This document shows positions 1-11,129 of a stretch of 64,000 nucleotides of DNA, in pieces. This DNA is from Eledone cirrhosa (lineage: Eukaryota). Position 1 is the stretch's first letter, and each line of letters begins with the position of its first letter. A program made the position numbers and the translations under genes. The DNA lies in contig OZ024740.1 in assembly GCA_964016885.1 (NCBI GenBank), positions 377,952,001 through 378,016,000 of the forward strand. Reading direction: 5' to 3'. The notes beneath the pieces are model-generated. The model did no database searches. It was given only the letters and a program-made list of their open reading frames with translations, and had not been told where the DNA came from.

Positions 1-61
1 TAATTTTGAGATAGAGCGTCCGCGCTGTTTGCTCTGATCTGATTAGTTTTGGGAATTCTAC

Positions 62-279
62 CTGTTTTTATGTTAAAAAAGTGGCTCCAATTTGCAAAAA
101 TTCTTGTGGTCAAAACAATTTTGATTGGTCGGTAGAGGTCATGTGAATGTAAAAAATTGATTTTGCGCCAAGACTGTTTTTATGTTAAAAAAGTGGCTCC
201 AGCAAAAATTCTTGTGGTCAAAACAATTTTGATTGGTCGGTAGAGGTCATGTGAATAAAAAACTGGTTTTGCGCCAAGA
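62..279. repeat. Tandem duplication of a ~110-bp unit
   Basis: ctgtttttatgttaaaaaagtggctcca...gattggtcggtagaggtcatgtgaat...ttttgcgccaaga occurs at ~62-173 and ~174-279. It lies downstream of the Penelope-like ORF on the - strand. Confidence 0.85.
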
Positions 280-782
280 TTGAGAAATGACGCTTTCACA
301 ACAAATATGTGTGTGTGTGTGGGGGGGGGGGTGTAGTAGTAGTAAGGTGTTCGATTTTGTGATAATGGTTAGCAGCGATGTGTGTCAAATGGCTATTAAG
401 ATAAGTGTGTGTGTGTGTGTATAGCAGAGTAATTCGTGGTGGCAGGGATGGTCAGTAAGAATGTGTCTGAAAGTAATGGGGGGTATTTTAGCATGTCAAA
501 AGATATTTTTCAGGTTTTGTCTTATACGGAGAAGTGCGTGTGTGTGTGTGTGTATATATGTCTCTTTGTATGTTGATGTACGCGTGTGTATGTGTGTGTG
601 TATATATGTGTGTGTGGGTGGACCAGTATTTTTTTCCCCCTGGTAAAATGGTGTACATTATTCGATTTTTTTTTTTTTTTTTTTTTTTTCAGTAAAATTG
701 GTTCTCTTAATAGAACATCAAAAATCTTAACAAAAAAAGGTGTGAAATGATATTCACTATATATATATACACACACATATAT

Positions 783-824
<42 letters not shown>

Positions 825-962
825 TACATATATATGCACATATATTTTTTTGTGTTGCACCATAGAGCATGTGTGTTTACGTATGTCATTGTGTTTATAT
901 GTGGGTAGAGATGTGTGCTGATGTAGGTATGTATGTTGACGTGTGTATGTTGTGGGTTCGTC

Positions 963-1365
963 TTAGGGAGAAGTGTTTAGACGGGGTCCGTATTTGTTAA
1001 TGAAGTAAGATTCCTTGCTGATGCGCTGGGTGTGGGTGGCATTATCTTTAAATTTGTAGAGGGGAAAGATTCTGAAGTTGGGATGATTTTGGGCGGCACA
1101 GGTATCAATGTGTTCACTCAGTGGTATTTTCCTGTATTCCTGTATTTTGATTTGGGATCTATGGACAGTCATGCGTTGGCGGAGGCTGTTTTTGGTCTGG
1201 CCTATGTATTGTTCTCGACAACCTGAACAAGTTAATACATATATTAGATTTTCCGATGCACATGTGAAATTGTGTTTTACCATGAAACGTTGTCCATCTT
1301 TGAAATAGAATTCCGAACCCTCTATTAGGTTGATGCAAATGCCACAGTTGGGTCTATCGCATTTT
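963..1365 (-). mobile_element. Penelope-like retroelement fragment: Zn-knuckle + GIY-YIG endonuclease
   Basis: Translation KCDRPNCGICINLIEG...NFTCASENLIYVLTCSGCREQYIGQTKNSLRQRMTVHRS...ESYFINKYGPRLN gives a CxxxxCxxC linker and the IY...YIG motif typical of PLE endonucleases. The 3' UTR probably extends toward position 1. Confidence 0.9.
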
Positions 1366-2927
1366 TATTCGTTGTTAATTCTAACCTTGCTGACTGTTTC
1401 TTTATACATGGCTTGTATAGCTCTCACAAGCCATTCGTCAACACCTAGTTTTCTAAGAGCCCATCAGATAATGGAACGGGGGACTCTGTCGAAGGCTTTC
1501 TCCAAGTCGACAAAAGCTAAGTATAGGGGTTTACTTTTAGCTAGGTACTTCTCCTGTAGTTGTCGTACAATGAAAAGAGCGTCTGTGGTACTTTTGCCTG
1601 ACACAAACCCGAACTGCATTTCATCTAGATCAATTCTCTCTCTGATTAGTTGCGCTATTACTTTTTCCGTGACCTTCATGACCTGGTCGATTAATTTAAT
1701 GCCTCTATAGTTACTCCTATCTAGGGCATCTCCTTTACCCTTATAACAGTTAATGATGATGCTGCTACGCCAGTCCTTCGGAACAACCCCATTCTGTACG
1801 ACTTGGTTGACTATCCGGGTGACCATGGTGTGTCCCACCGTACCAGATGCCTTCAGCATCTCGGCAACTATTTCCGAAGGCCCAGCCGCCTTACCCGTCT
1901 TCATATCTTTGATTGCCTTGCTTATTATACTACCCTCGACTAACACTGCTGGTCCCTCTATTGGGTCGATGTGGGGGGAGACTGTCTTTCTCCCATTTAT
2001 TCTCCTCATTTAGTAGCCTTTCATAGTGACACTTCCAAGCTACCTTCTTATCAGCGTCGGTGATGGCACGTACGCCGTCATCATTAAGTACACACTTCTC
2101 CCCGACAATATCACGGTTTTCCTTGACACATTGCCTAGCAATCCTGAACACCTCACGTTTTTGGTCCTCGCATTGTAGAACATGCTTGAACTTTCTTTCC
2201 TATGCTTCGCTTCTTGCGAAGTACACTTGTCTCTTAGCTTCCCTCCTGGCCACTTGATAGTCTTCTCTGCTTCCCCCATCCCGCCATACTTTCCAAGCCT
2301 GCTTTTTGGCCTTAATTGACCCCTCCACCTTACTGTTCCACCACCATGTTACTCTCCTCCTGCCTACAGGCCTGCTCCAGCCACAGACTTCGTCTGCCGC
2401 CATCAGCAGGTTTGCTTTCAGGAATTCCCACTGCTCCTCTATATTGTACGACTCTAATTGCTCTTCCTTACTGTCGAAAGCATCAAGTAGTATACTTTTG
2501 AATTTATTTCTGGTTGTGGGGTCCTTTAGCTTCCATATTTTTCTCCTGAGGATAGTCCTCTTCTGTTGTCTAGTACGTCTCGTCCTGACTATTAGGTCGC
2601 TAATTATCAGTCTATGTTGGGAGGTGCATTCTTCATGGGGGAGGGATTTAGTGTTTACAACAGACACTCTGTCACGTCTTCTGGTAAGGATATAATCTAT
2701 CTGGCTTGTGTGTTCCCCCGATCTATAGGTGATCAGGTGATTGTCACGTTTTTTGAAGTTAGTGTTACAGATAGTTAGGTTATTTGCATCACAGAATTCC
2801 AGGATTCTGGAGCCTTCCTCATTTCTAGTACCAAATCCATAGCCTCCATGGATTTCGTCGTAGCCGTCACAATGTTGTCCAACGTGACCATTTAGGTCGC
2901 CTGCAATAATTATATAGTCACTGTTGG
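1366..2927 (-). mobile_element. RTE-clade LINE internal fragment (APE endonuclease C-part + N-part of RT), frameshifted
   Basis: [36 protein letters not shown] and [13 protein letters not shown] are present. Near-identical, in reverse orientation, to 16262-17823. Confidence 0.95.
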
Positions 2928-3222
<295 letters not shown>

Positions 3223-3399
3223 CTCCAGTCCTACAAACTGTAGAGTGCTACTTATCTGATATCTGCATTGCTTTATTGTACTACAATAAAACTCACCTCC
3301 TACATATTTTATTTTTTCTCTTTTTTCTGGGTTAGAAAATGTTTAAAACAAAATATTTTACTTTGTGTGAAGTGTTAATTTATTTATTAATTAACAATG

Positions 3400-4586
3400 G
3401 CATTTATTTATTTATATATTTAATAATTGTCTATTACCGGTTTCAGCATTTTATGCATTATCAAAGGGGGGAATTTGTATTGGTGTAAAATGTTGGTAAT
3501 GTTGAACATGTTAAGGAAATGGTGAAGAAAGAATAATGTTATTTACAAACAAGGTTTTTGAAGTGAAAAGAAAAAAGATAAAAAAAGGGGGTAATGTGGA
3601 ATAATGATAAAGTAATGGGAATGAAAAACTAATATTATTTACAGGCATAGTTCTTGAATATTAGCAGTTCAAAATGTGTTATGGCAAGAGTGCTTAGTTG
3701 ATTCATGATGGAAGCAAATGGTAGTCTGAAGTTTGATATGATTTCCCATTTTAGAGAGTTAATATGCAGGGGGAGATAATTCAGGGTCAGGTAGGGGAGA
3801 GAGAAATGAGAGGGGGTAATTCATTTATATAAGAAAAAGGATTAGGTAGGGTGTGAGGGAGGTAACTCTTTAGAGAACATAGGGATTTGGTTTTGGTTCC
3901 AGTTTTAGTTTAGTCCATTAAAGTAGAGGTTGAAATTTGTTAATGAAGTACATTTCCTTATTGGTATGATGGATGAAAGAAGCGTTGTCTATGAATTTGT
4001 AAATGGGAAAAATTTTAAAGTTTGGATGATGGTTAGGTGTACAATTGCCGATATGTTCACTAAAAGCAATCTTTCTGTATTCCTGTATTTTGATTTGTGA
4101 TCTATGGACGGTCATACGTTGTCGGAGGCTGTTTTTTGTCTGTCCTATGTAGTGCTCTTGACAACCTTAGCAGGTCAAAACATAGATTAGGTTTTCAGAT
4201 GCACATGTAAAGTTGTGTTTAACTGAAATGTTGTCCTTATTTAAAATGGAATGTTGAACCTTCTATTAGATTTATGCATATGCCACAGTTAGGCCTTCCG
4301 CATATTTTTACTGTAGGGTTTATTGTGAGGTTTGGTTGGATTTTGGCTTGTGTGAGGGTGTTTTTTATGGATTTAGGTTGTCATTTGCTCATTATGATGT
4401 TGTATGTTTGGAGGATTTTGTTCATTCTTGGGTCTCTTTTTAGTAAAGGAATGTTCTGGAGGATGGTGTCAAATGCCTCATTGTTGAGGAGGTTGTGTGT
4501 GGAGATGTATGGTGGAGTTTTCTGTTGCGGTTCATTCCTGGGTTTGGGGTGTCTAAGTTCCTGGATGTCAAGTTTTAGGGCACGTT
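3400..4586 (-). mobile_element. Second Penelope-like element, 5'-truncated and degenerate (RT C-terminal linker, Zn-knuckle, GIY-YIG, 3' UTR)
   Basis: ...QPKSIKNTLTQAKI...VKICGRPNCGICINLIEG...NLIYVLTC..QEHYIGQTKNSLRQRMTVHRS with in-frame stops. The ORF ends at 3918. The 5' end abuts a (TA)n run at ~4587; the left boundary is approximate. Confidence 0.88.
3432..3466 (-). ncRNA. Degenerate minimal (Penelope-type) hammerhead ribozyme motif
   Basis: The minus strand reads TTGATAA-T-GCAT-AAA-ATGC-T-GAAA-CCGG-TA. This is a CUGAUGA-like box with 2 substitutions, stem II, GAAA, palindromic ACCGGT stem III and a GUA triplet. It sits 3' of the PLE ORF and just before AATAAA. Confidence 0.55.
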
Positions 4587-6375
4587 ATATATATATACAA
4601 TGTTTGTAACTCTATCTCTGCCTTATTCATCAGCATCTCCATTATTTTACTAGCTACTTTTGATATCTATTGGTCACACTCATACACGGCCAATATTATG
4701 ATATATATCTTGTGAATAACTTGTTTGCATAGTAGCCAGTAATGTTTACCTTCCCTTACAGATCAATGAGTTTCATCCTACTACACTTCCATTCACTTTT
4801 CAAACCTTACTCTGTCACCTTACCTTTAGACTTGTATGCCTAGTTAACTTCTATTTTCTCTCTTTTCCTCTTTCTCACTCACTCAATACACCATTGTTTA
4901 TCTTGGCTTTGTTTTATTACCATCTCTATAGTTAAATGGCTGGAGCAGAGTAGAACCTAAATAATGGTTTATTCACACAGATAAGCCAGTCAATACTGTT
5001 TATATTAATATATTTAGCCCAACCCAATTAAAGCTCAATAATAAGCTTTATCCACCACCCTTTCCTGATACCTTGTTCTCTATGACCTTTTGCTCTAATG
5101 GACACACTCACACACACACACACACACTTTCTCTCTCTTATTTTCTTCCCTCCTCTCTCTATCTCCCATATTGTTTATAATAAATAATATAAAGTTTAAA
5201 TTATAATTTGGAATGCAAATTAATGTAATTCAAATGTCACTGCTCATGTAGTAATCTAATGTTGTGTTAGATTTGCTTTTGAATTTCAAATCTCCCTATA
5301 ATAAGAAGTTTGAGGCTTCCTATTTTCAGTTGACATTGACTTATTATCAAGATTAGAAATACAATGCCCCACCTCCAACATCTTACTTTGGTCAATTGGT
5401 TTCCTAACCCCTTTGTGTTTTTATAAACTGCATATGTTCAAGACCTTTACCTGAAAGTGCTAATGTATGTCAATGTTTTGGAGAAGGCATTACCTCAATT
5501 TCTTTGGAGGTTGAGAAAACTCAGGAAAAGAATGATGGTAGAAGGGGTTAGTTTCACAGCTTTTATTAATATTTCTGTTAATATTTTCCAATCACATGTT
5601 CAAAACCACATTATTAAAAATGCATAAAATGCATGTCCACTGTATTAGGAAGAGATAATAGTAACTAAAGAGTTTCATTTTATATTACTGTTGTATTTTA
5701 TTTAGTCTAATTTATGTTATTAATCATCATCATCATGATCATTTAAATAGTTATGATAAAATACAATAACAGTAATAATTATTCTGTATTGATTAATTAT
5801 AATGAATTGTTCAGAATTAAACTAATGGAATGAGATGGAGCAGGTTTTTATTGCCATTCTAATTTAATGATTAGTGCTGTGGTGGCCATTCAACTATAAA
5901 GCGTCTCAGAAACAGACATCACTAACTAGCAAAAGAAAAATGTAATGATACCAAGTAACATAACTAGCAGTAAAATAATGACATTATTTAAGTGGATGTA
6001 ATTAGGCAATGTAATTTCTTTATTCTCCAAGCAAAGTATAGAGAGGAGTGTTGTTCTAAACTTCATTTTCAAGTTGTTGTTTATCTGATAAATGACCATT
6101 GACCGATGCCAATAAGCCAACAGCAGACATGTGGACGATTTTGTGGAGGGTTTACTTAATCTTTCTTCTCTGACAGTGAACAAGTCTTATTGTTTCAGTT
6201 TACAATCTCAACCTTGAACACTTTTTTTTTTAAATTCTCTTTTGATTTGTATGTCATAAATTGCTTGAACAATTTAAATAGATTTCATTTGTAGACTTCT
6301 TTGATTTTTTTTTTTTCCTTAATTAGTCAGTATCAGTACCCATGCACTTTATATACTCTCCCAGACTGGTTAGAC

Positions 6376-6522
6376 CAGGAATGGGCAACCTTTTTCAAGC
6401 AGTAGGCTGCATAGGATATGACTCATATTAAGGTGGGCTGCAATACTAAAAAATTCAAGGCAATTTTGAAATTAAGCATGCCATTCAGCAAGCCAAAATA
6501 GGCCACAATTTGCACATGACTG
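6376..6522. mobile_element. hAT-Charlie-like MITE
   Basis: Imperfect TIRs CAGGAATGGGCAA / TTGCACATGACTG with 8-bp TSD ggttagac / gtttagac (Charlie-type NTNTAGAN). Confidence 0.7.
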
Positions 6523-8062
6523 GTTTAGACTAATATGGTTGATGTTTAGCTTGAACATTTGTAGATCAACATTTCTAAGATCTCTACGTATGCAGTAGGA
6601 CTAACAGTTATAAGACAAAGACAGGTAGACTTTAGAGAAGGTGGTAAGCTGCTTGCTAGTTCAGAGGAGAAGTCAATGTAATGGAGGTAAAAGAGAGGCA
6701 GAGAGAAGAAATGATGATTCTGTCCAAGAGGTGTAAAGAGGAAGCATCATCTCTGGATTGCATCTTTTTGTGAATGTAAGGTCACATGAGACTTCATTAG
6801 AAGTTAATGCCTGTTGAGACCAGCTTATAAACCATACTATTTCAAATCCAAATTTGTGCTATGTGCATATTCACAGTATGATACCAGATGACAATTTAAG
6901 TCACAATTTGAGACACAATTAATAACCTAGGAAACACTGTCCAACCCCATGTGTGTATGTATGCATAAGGTTGTGAATTTATGTGTAAAATATACATATT
7001 TGAATCATTATGCAAGATAAAAGTGTTATTTTTTTAAAAACCTTATTTCATTTGTAAGACTTGATGTTGAATGCTTTCTTACATCAATGAAATGTAATGC
7101 CCTGAATAGCTAACATTTCACATTTCTTTGTTCATTTATGTTCTTTATCATGAAACAGTAGTGTTTATTACTGAGTAAATTTCTTGTATATTCCAGTATT
7201 TTTTCATTCCAGTAAATTTCAATGCGATATTTTAGGTTATCTTTTAATGTTATATAACTATAATAAAGAGCATAGTAGAATGATTTAAGCAAACTAATAA
7301 GGATAATTTTCCTTATGCTTTCTGGTAAAACAGTACATGTGTGTTTACATTGGAAGTTATTATTAAAAAGACTCATTTAAAAATACATAACAATATAATA
7401 ATACTTAAGAAAAAATCGGAAAACATTTTTTTCATCAACTCACTCTGTTTCTTTTTTTCCTAAAAGTTATAATTAACAAAACAAAAATATTCATGTTTAA
7501 ATAACTTTTAACTAGATTCTAAGTATGTTAATGTACTTTTAGAGAATATCTTAATCATTGCAGAGAAGTTATCCTTGGTTACAAGGTCTTTTACTATTGT
7601 AATATATAGCAGTAAGACCTTAGTTTGAGAAGCTCTAAATTGAAAAATAGAAAGTGAATATGGGGAAAGAAGAAATGTTAATGGACTTTAAGCAATTTTA
7701 AATCCATTTTCTTGAAAGCTAACATGAATGGAATGACTTTGCTAATTTGAATTCATTTTTAATTATTAAGACAAATGCCTTTCCAGCTGGAAGCTATTCC
7801 TAATGTGAAGTGGTAGTGGAATCTATTTTCAGCTCCATAGACTAGGACATGCTGACTAATGTAGTGACTAGTCTCATGTTTTCAGAGTTTTGTTGTTTAA
7901 CAATTTAATCTTTATGACCACTGGTCTATCAATTTTCTTACCAGGAGAGTTTAACTTGGCACAGTAACTCAACAAATCCACTTTTCAATTCCACGGGACT
8001 GCTACTTTGCACCTGTGGTACCTACTTACAGCTAGATAAACACAGCTTTTGAAAGTGTTTAA

Positions 8063-8473
8063 CCTTTCCTTACCATATTTCTAATAAGACACTATGATTT
8101 TCAAATAATTTTGAAAATAATCAAGAATTTGGAAGGATTTAGTAATGTAACTTTATTATTTGTTGCTGGTGTTTTTAACATAAGATTATGATGGAAGGTT
8201 TTTAGATAAATATAAACACTTTGTTTATTTTGTTATATTTCTAATGAGGGGGACGGCCTATGATTTTCAAATCATTTAAAAAATAATGAAGAATTTGAAG
8301 GAGTTTAGTAGTTTAAATAATTTTATTTATTAAGCTCGTTATTAAGCTTGTGTTTGGAACATAACTTAATGAAGGTTCTTATATTAAATTATTATGGAAG
8401 GTTTTTAGATGAATATAAACATTCGAAATAAGTAGGTAAATATAGGACTGAGGGTGGTTTGATATCAGAAGGG
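8063..8473. mobile_element. piggyBac-like non-autonomous element with internal ~150-bp duplication
   Basis: TTAA|CCTTTC...GAAGGG|TTAA ends. Related ends occur at ~12562 and ~34961. Internal units ~8076-8220 and ~8235-8423 resemble each other. Confidence 0.55.
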
Positions 8474-8744
8474 TTAATGCCATGCTGGTAACAGAAATCA
8501 TTCACCCCTTCAATTAGATGTCCAATACCCTGCCATTTGGCCATCAGTATGCTCTCTATTTCTTCTATTTCTTACTCTGGTATATTAATATAACAATATG
8601 TATATTATCAACTAGTAAACACAAATATTTTATACTGACATGTATTTTCATAAATGTTTCTCTTGTATATATATATATGTGTATGTGTGTGTGAAACATA
8701 TTACCCACTCATAAATCTATATATATTGAATATATCGGTATTAA

Positions 8745-8963
8745 CCCTTTAGCATTTATATTACTCTATATTTACTATTATATTTTCACGGTAAAAACTT
8801 TACCTCATATAATTATCTCACATAATATCAAATCTATGAGATTTTGATATTATTTATTTTGAGAACAATACCTTAACTTCAGTATGAGCAGCCGATTACA
8901 AACGGTTTGAACAGAAAGAGGTGAGAGAATTTTGGCCAGTTAAATGGTTTAAATGCTAAAGGG
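8745..8963. mobile_element. piggyBac-like MITE
   Basis: TTAA TSD on both sides, with TIR CCCTTTAGCATTTA / TAAATGCTAAAGGG. A second copy lies at 20035-20242. Confidence 0.85.
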
Positions 8964-9585
8964 TTAATACTTATGATAATTGCTTGTAGAGTAAACCTTG
9001 GCTTTGAATGGACAATAAGCTTTGTTGTACCTCAAATTTCCCTTCATTTTTCTATTTGAGCACTATGAAATACATCTATTTGATTTAAACTCGGTATACT
9101 TTGCTGAATTCTTTTGCTAACTCCTATATTTGCCAAATATCATATCTCATTTGTCTTTTATCTTCTAGTTTTCTATTGTTTCAAATATCTGAATCCAGAA
9201 TTCTATTCTCTAGTTTGGGTGTAACCAATATTATTGTTTGTCTTGTTTCAGAATGTATAAAAACAATATTGCTTTACACAGCTTACAACTGAGTTGACTG
9301 CATTCACATGAATGTGCTGTAAATATAGATTTATCATCATCTCACTGGTAATTTGACTTGGTCAGATTTACACAATGAACTCTTATACATACCTTTCTTT
9401 TGTCATTTTATTGGAAATATTACTTTTTTTCCATTTGCATCCCATCTTCTAATTTTATATATTTATCAAATCATGTTTTATCTATAAGTCTTTGTGTCTG
9501 CCTTTTTTTTTTTGGCATACAGCATTCTACTACTGTCAAACTCCTCATGAACTTAGCCTTCAACTGATCAGTTGTAGTTAAATAT

Positions 9586-9800
9586 AATCATCATCATCAT
9601 CATCATCATTTAAAGTCTACTTTTCACACTAGCATGGGTTAGACAGCTTTGTCCCATTTGAGGCAAGTTGGATCAGGTGACTGTCTTGCTCATATTGGAC
9701 TGTTTCTGGTTGGTTTTCTATGGCTGGATGCCTTTCCTAATGCCAACCACATTTACAGTGTGCTCCTTTGGTGTGTCTCCTACACAACCACTTTACAGTG
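9586..9800 (-). mobile_element. RTE-type 3' tail fragment (SINE or LINE end)
   Basis: (ATC)n tail, then ttttcacactagcatgggttagac and ctggatgcctttcctaatgccaacc. This is the reverse complement of the shared RTE-tail motif ggttggYRttaggaagggcatccag. Confidence 0.7.
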
Positions 9801-10210
9801 TCATAAAAACGTACTTTTTCACTTTTTTTTAAAAATCCTATCTGCATATCAGGTTGAATTAACTCTGAACATCCTTTAATGGGTTAGTAGAAAATATTTA
9901 AGAATAGGTTTATTAATTCAAATGTTTATAGTATCTTTACTACAGATTTTAGTGGAAATTTTGCTGTCATAGTACTGTTTTGTACTTTTTGAAAATGCCT
10001 TGCTCTTGTGAGGACGTTAGTGAAGAAACAGAACAGAATAAAAATAATTATAAATTAGAATATTTTGTTCAAGATAGAATAATTTCTTTCAAAATATAAT
10101 CCTATTTATTAACTTGCACCTAATTTGCAAACTAACAAAAAAAAAACAAATGATAGAAAATACCCAGACACTGTTGCTTAAAAATGTTACAGTAAATTAC
10201 ACTCTGACAC

Positions 10211-10213
<3 letters not shown>

Positions 10214-10273
<60 letters not shown>
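10214..10273. repeat. (TA)n microsatellite
   Basis: Pure TA run of about 60 bp. Confidence 0.98.
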
Positions 10274-10276
<3 letters not shown>

Positions 10277-10916
10277 GTACTTAATTACATACATAGAACA
10301 AAATATGAATCAAATAAATTTTACAAATAACTGAAACTACCAAAATGGAATATTTTACTTTTATAATTTGAAGATATTTTTCATAAAAGTACTTTCTCTC
10401 TCTCTACATGTATGTATCACCTTTCCAGTGTGACAGACATTGTACATTAAAAAAACACCAACTTTAATATAATAAATAAATTATATATGGAATGTAATGT
10501 AGAGTGAGTCTGATCCCTAGCAGTACAATGATAACCATGGACAATTCTTAGTCATCAGTGAAACATAGTATAACTATAACTCCCAGATCTTAGATATACG
10601 TTTTTCATGAATGAACAAAGTCCTTCTTCAGAGAGTAAGAAAATGTTTTCTTCATTATCTATGGGGGCCGTGAGCTCACTGGAGAATGACAGGAAATAGC
10701 AGAGTTAGTTATTGTACACACATGGGGAGAAGTGGTCAGAGAAAATGAGGGAGATTGAAGGAAAAGTGAGAAGGACTGATTATATAGTACAAATATAAGT
10801 GCTATTATTCTGTTGTTGGGTTTATTAACTAAATGTAAAATGTCATTTGCTAATCTTTTATTTTTGTTCTGAAATCAGAAAAATGCAGCAAAAAAACTTT
10901 TCCATTTATTTTTCAG

Positions 10917-11129
10917 AGGAAAATTTGCTGTTGTGAAAAAGTGTGTCAACCTAGAGACGAATGAAGAAGTTGCTGCCAAATTTATTCGGAAGAGGCGTCG
11001 AGGAAAAAACTGCCGGGACCAAATATTACGGGAGATTGTAATGTTAGAGCTGTCTCGATCCCATCAGAGAGTGGTAGACCTGATAGAAGTGTTTGAAAGT
11101 CCAACAGAGATGATACTCATTACTGAATA
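10917..11129 (+). CDS. STK17: DRAK/STK17 exon A (Gly-loop, VAAK, basic loop, alphaC)
   Basis: tttcag|A GGA AAA TTT GCT...ACT GAA TA|gtaagt; (R)[70 protein letters not shown](Y); 213 bp. Confidence 0.95.

Noticed and set aside
4600-10900. Upstream STK17 exon ending ...ELG(R)
   Set aside because: No convincing coding exon was found by eye; it probably lies left of the window, though a short exon could have been missed.
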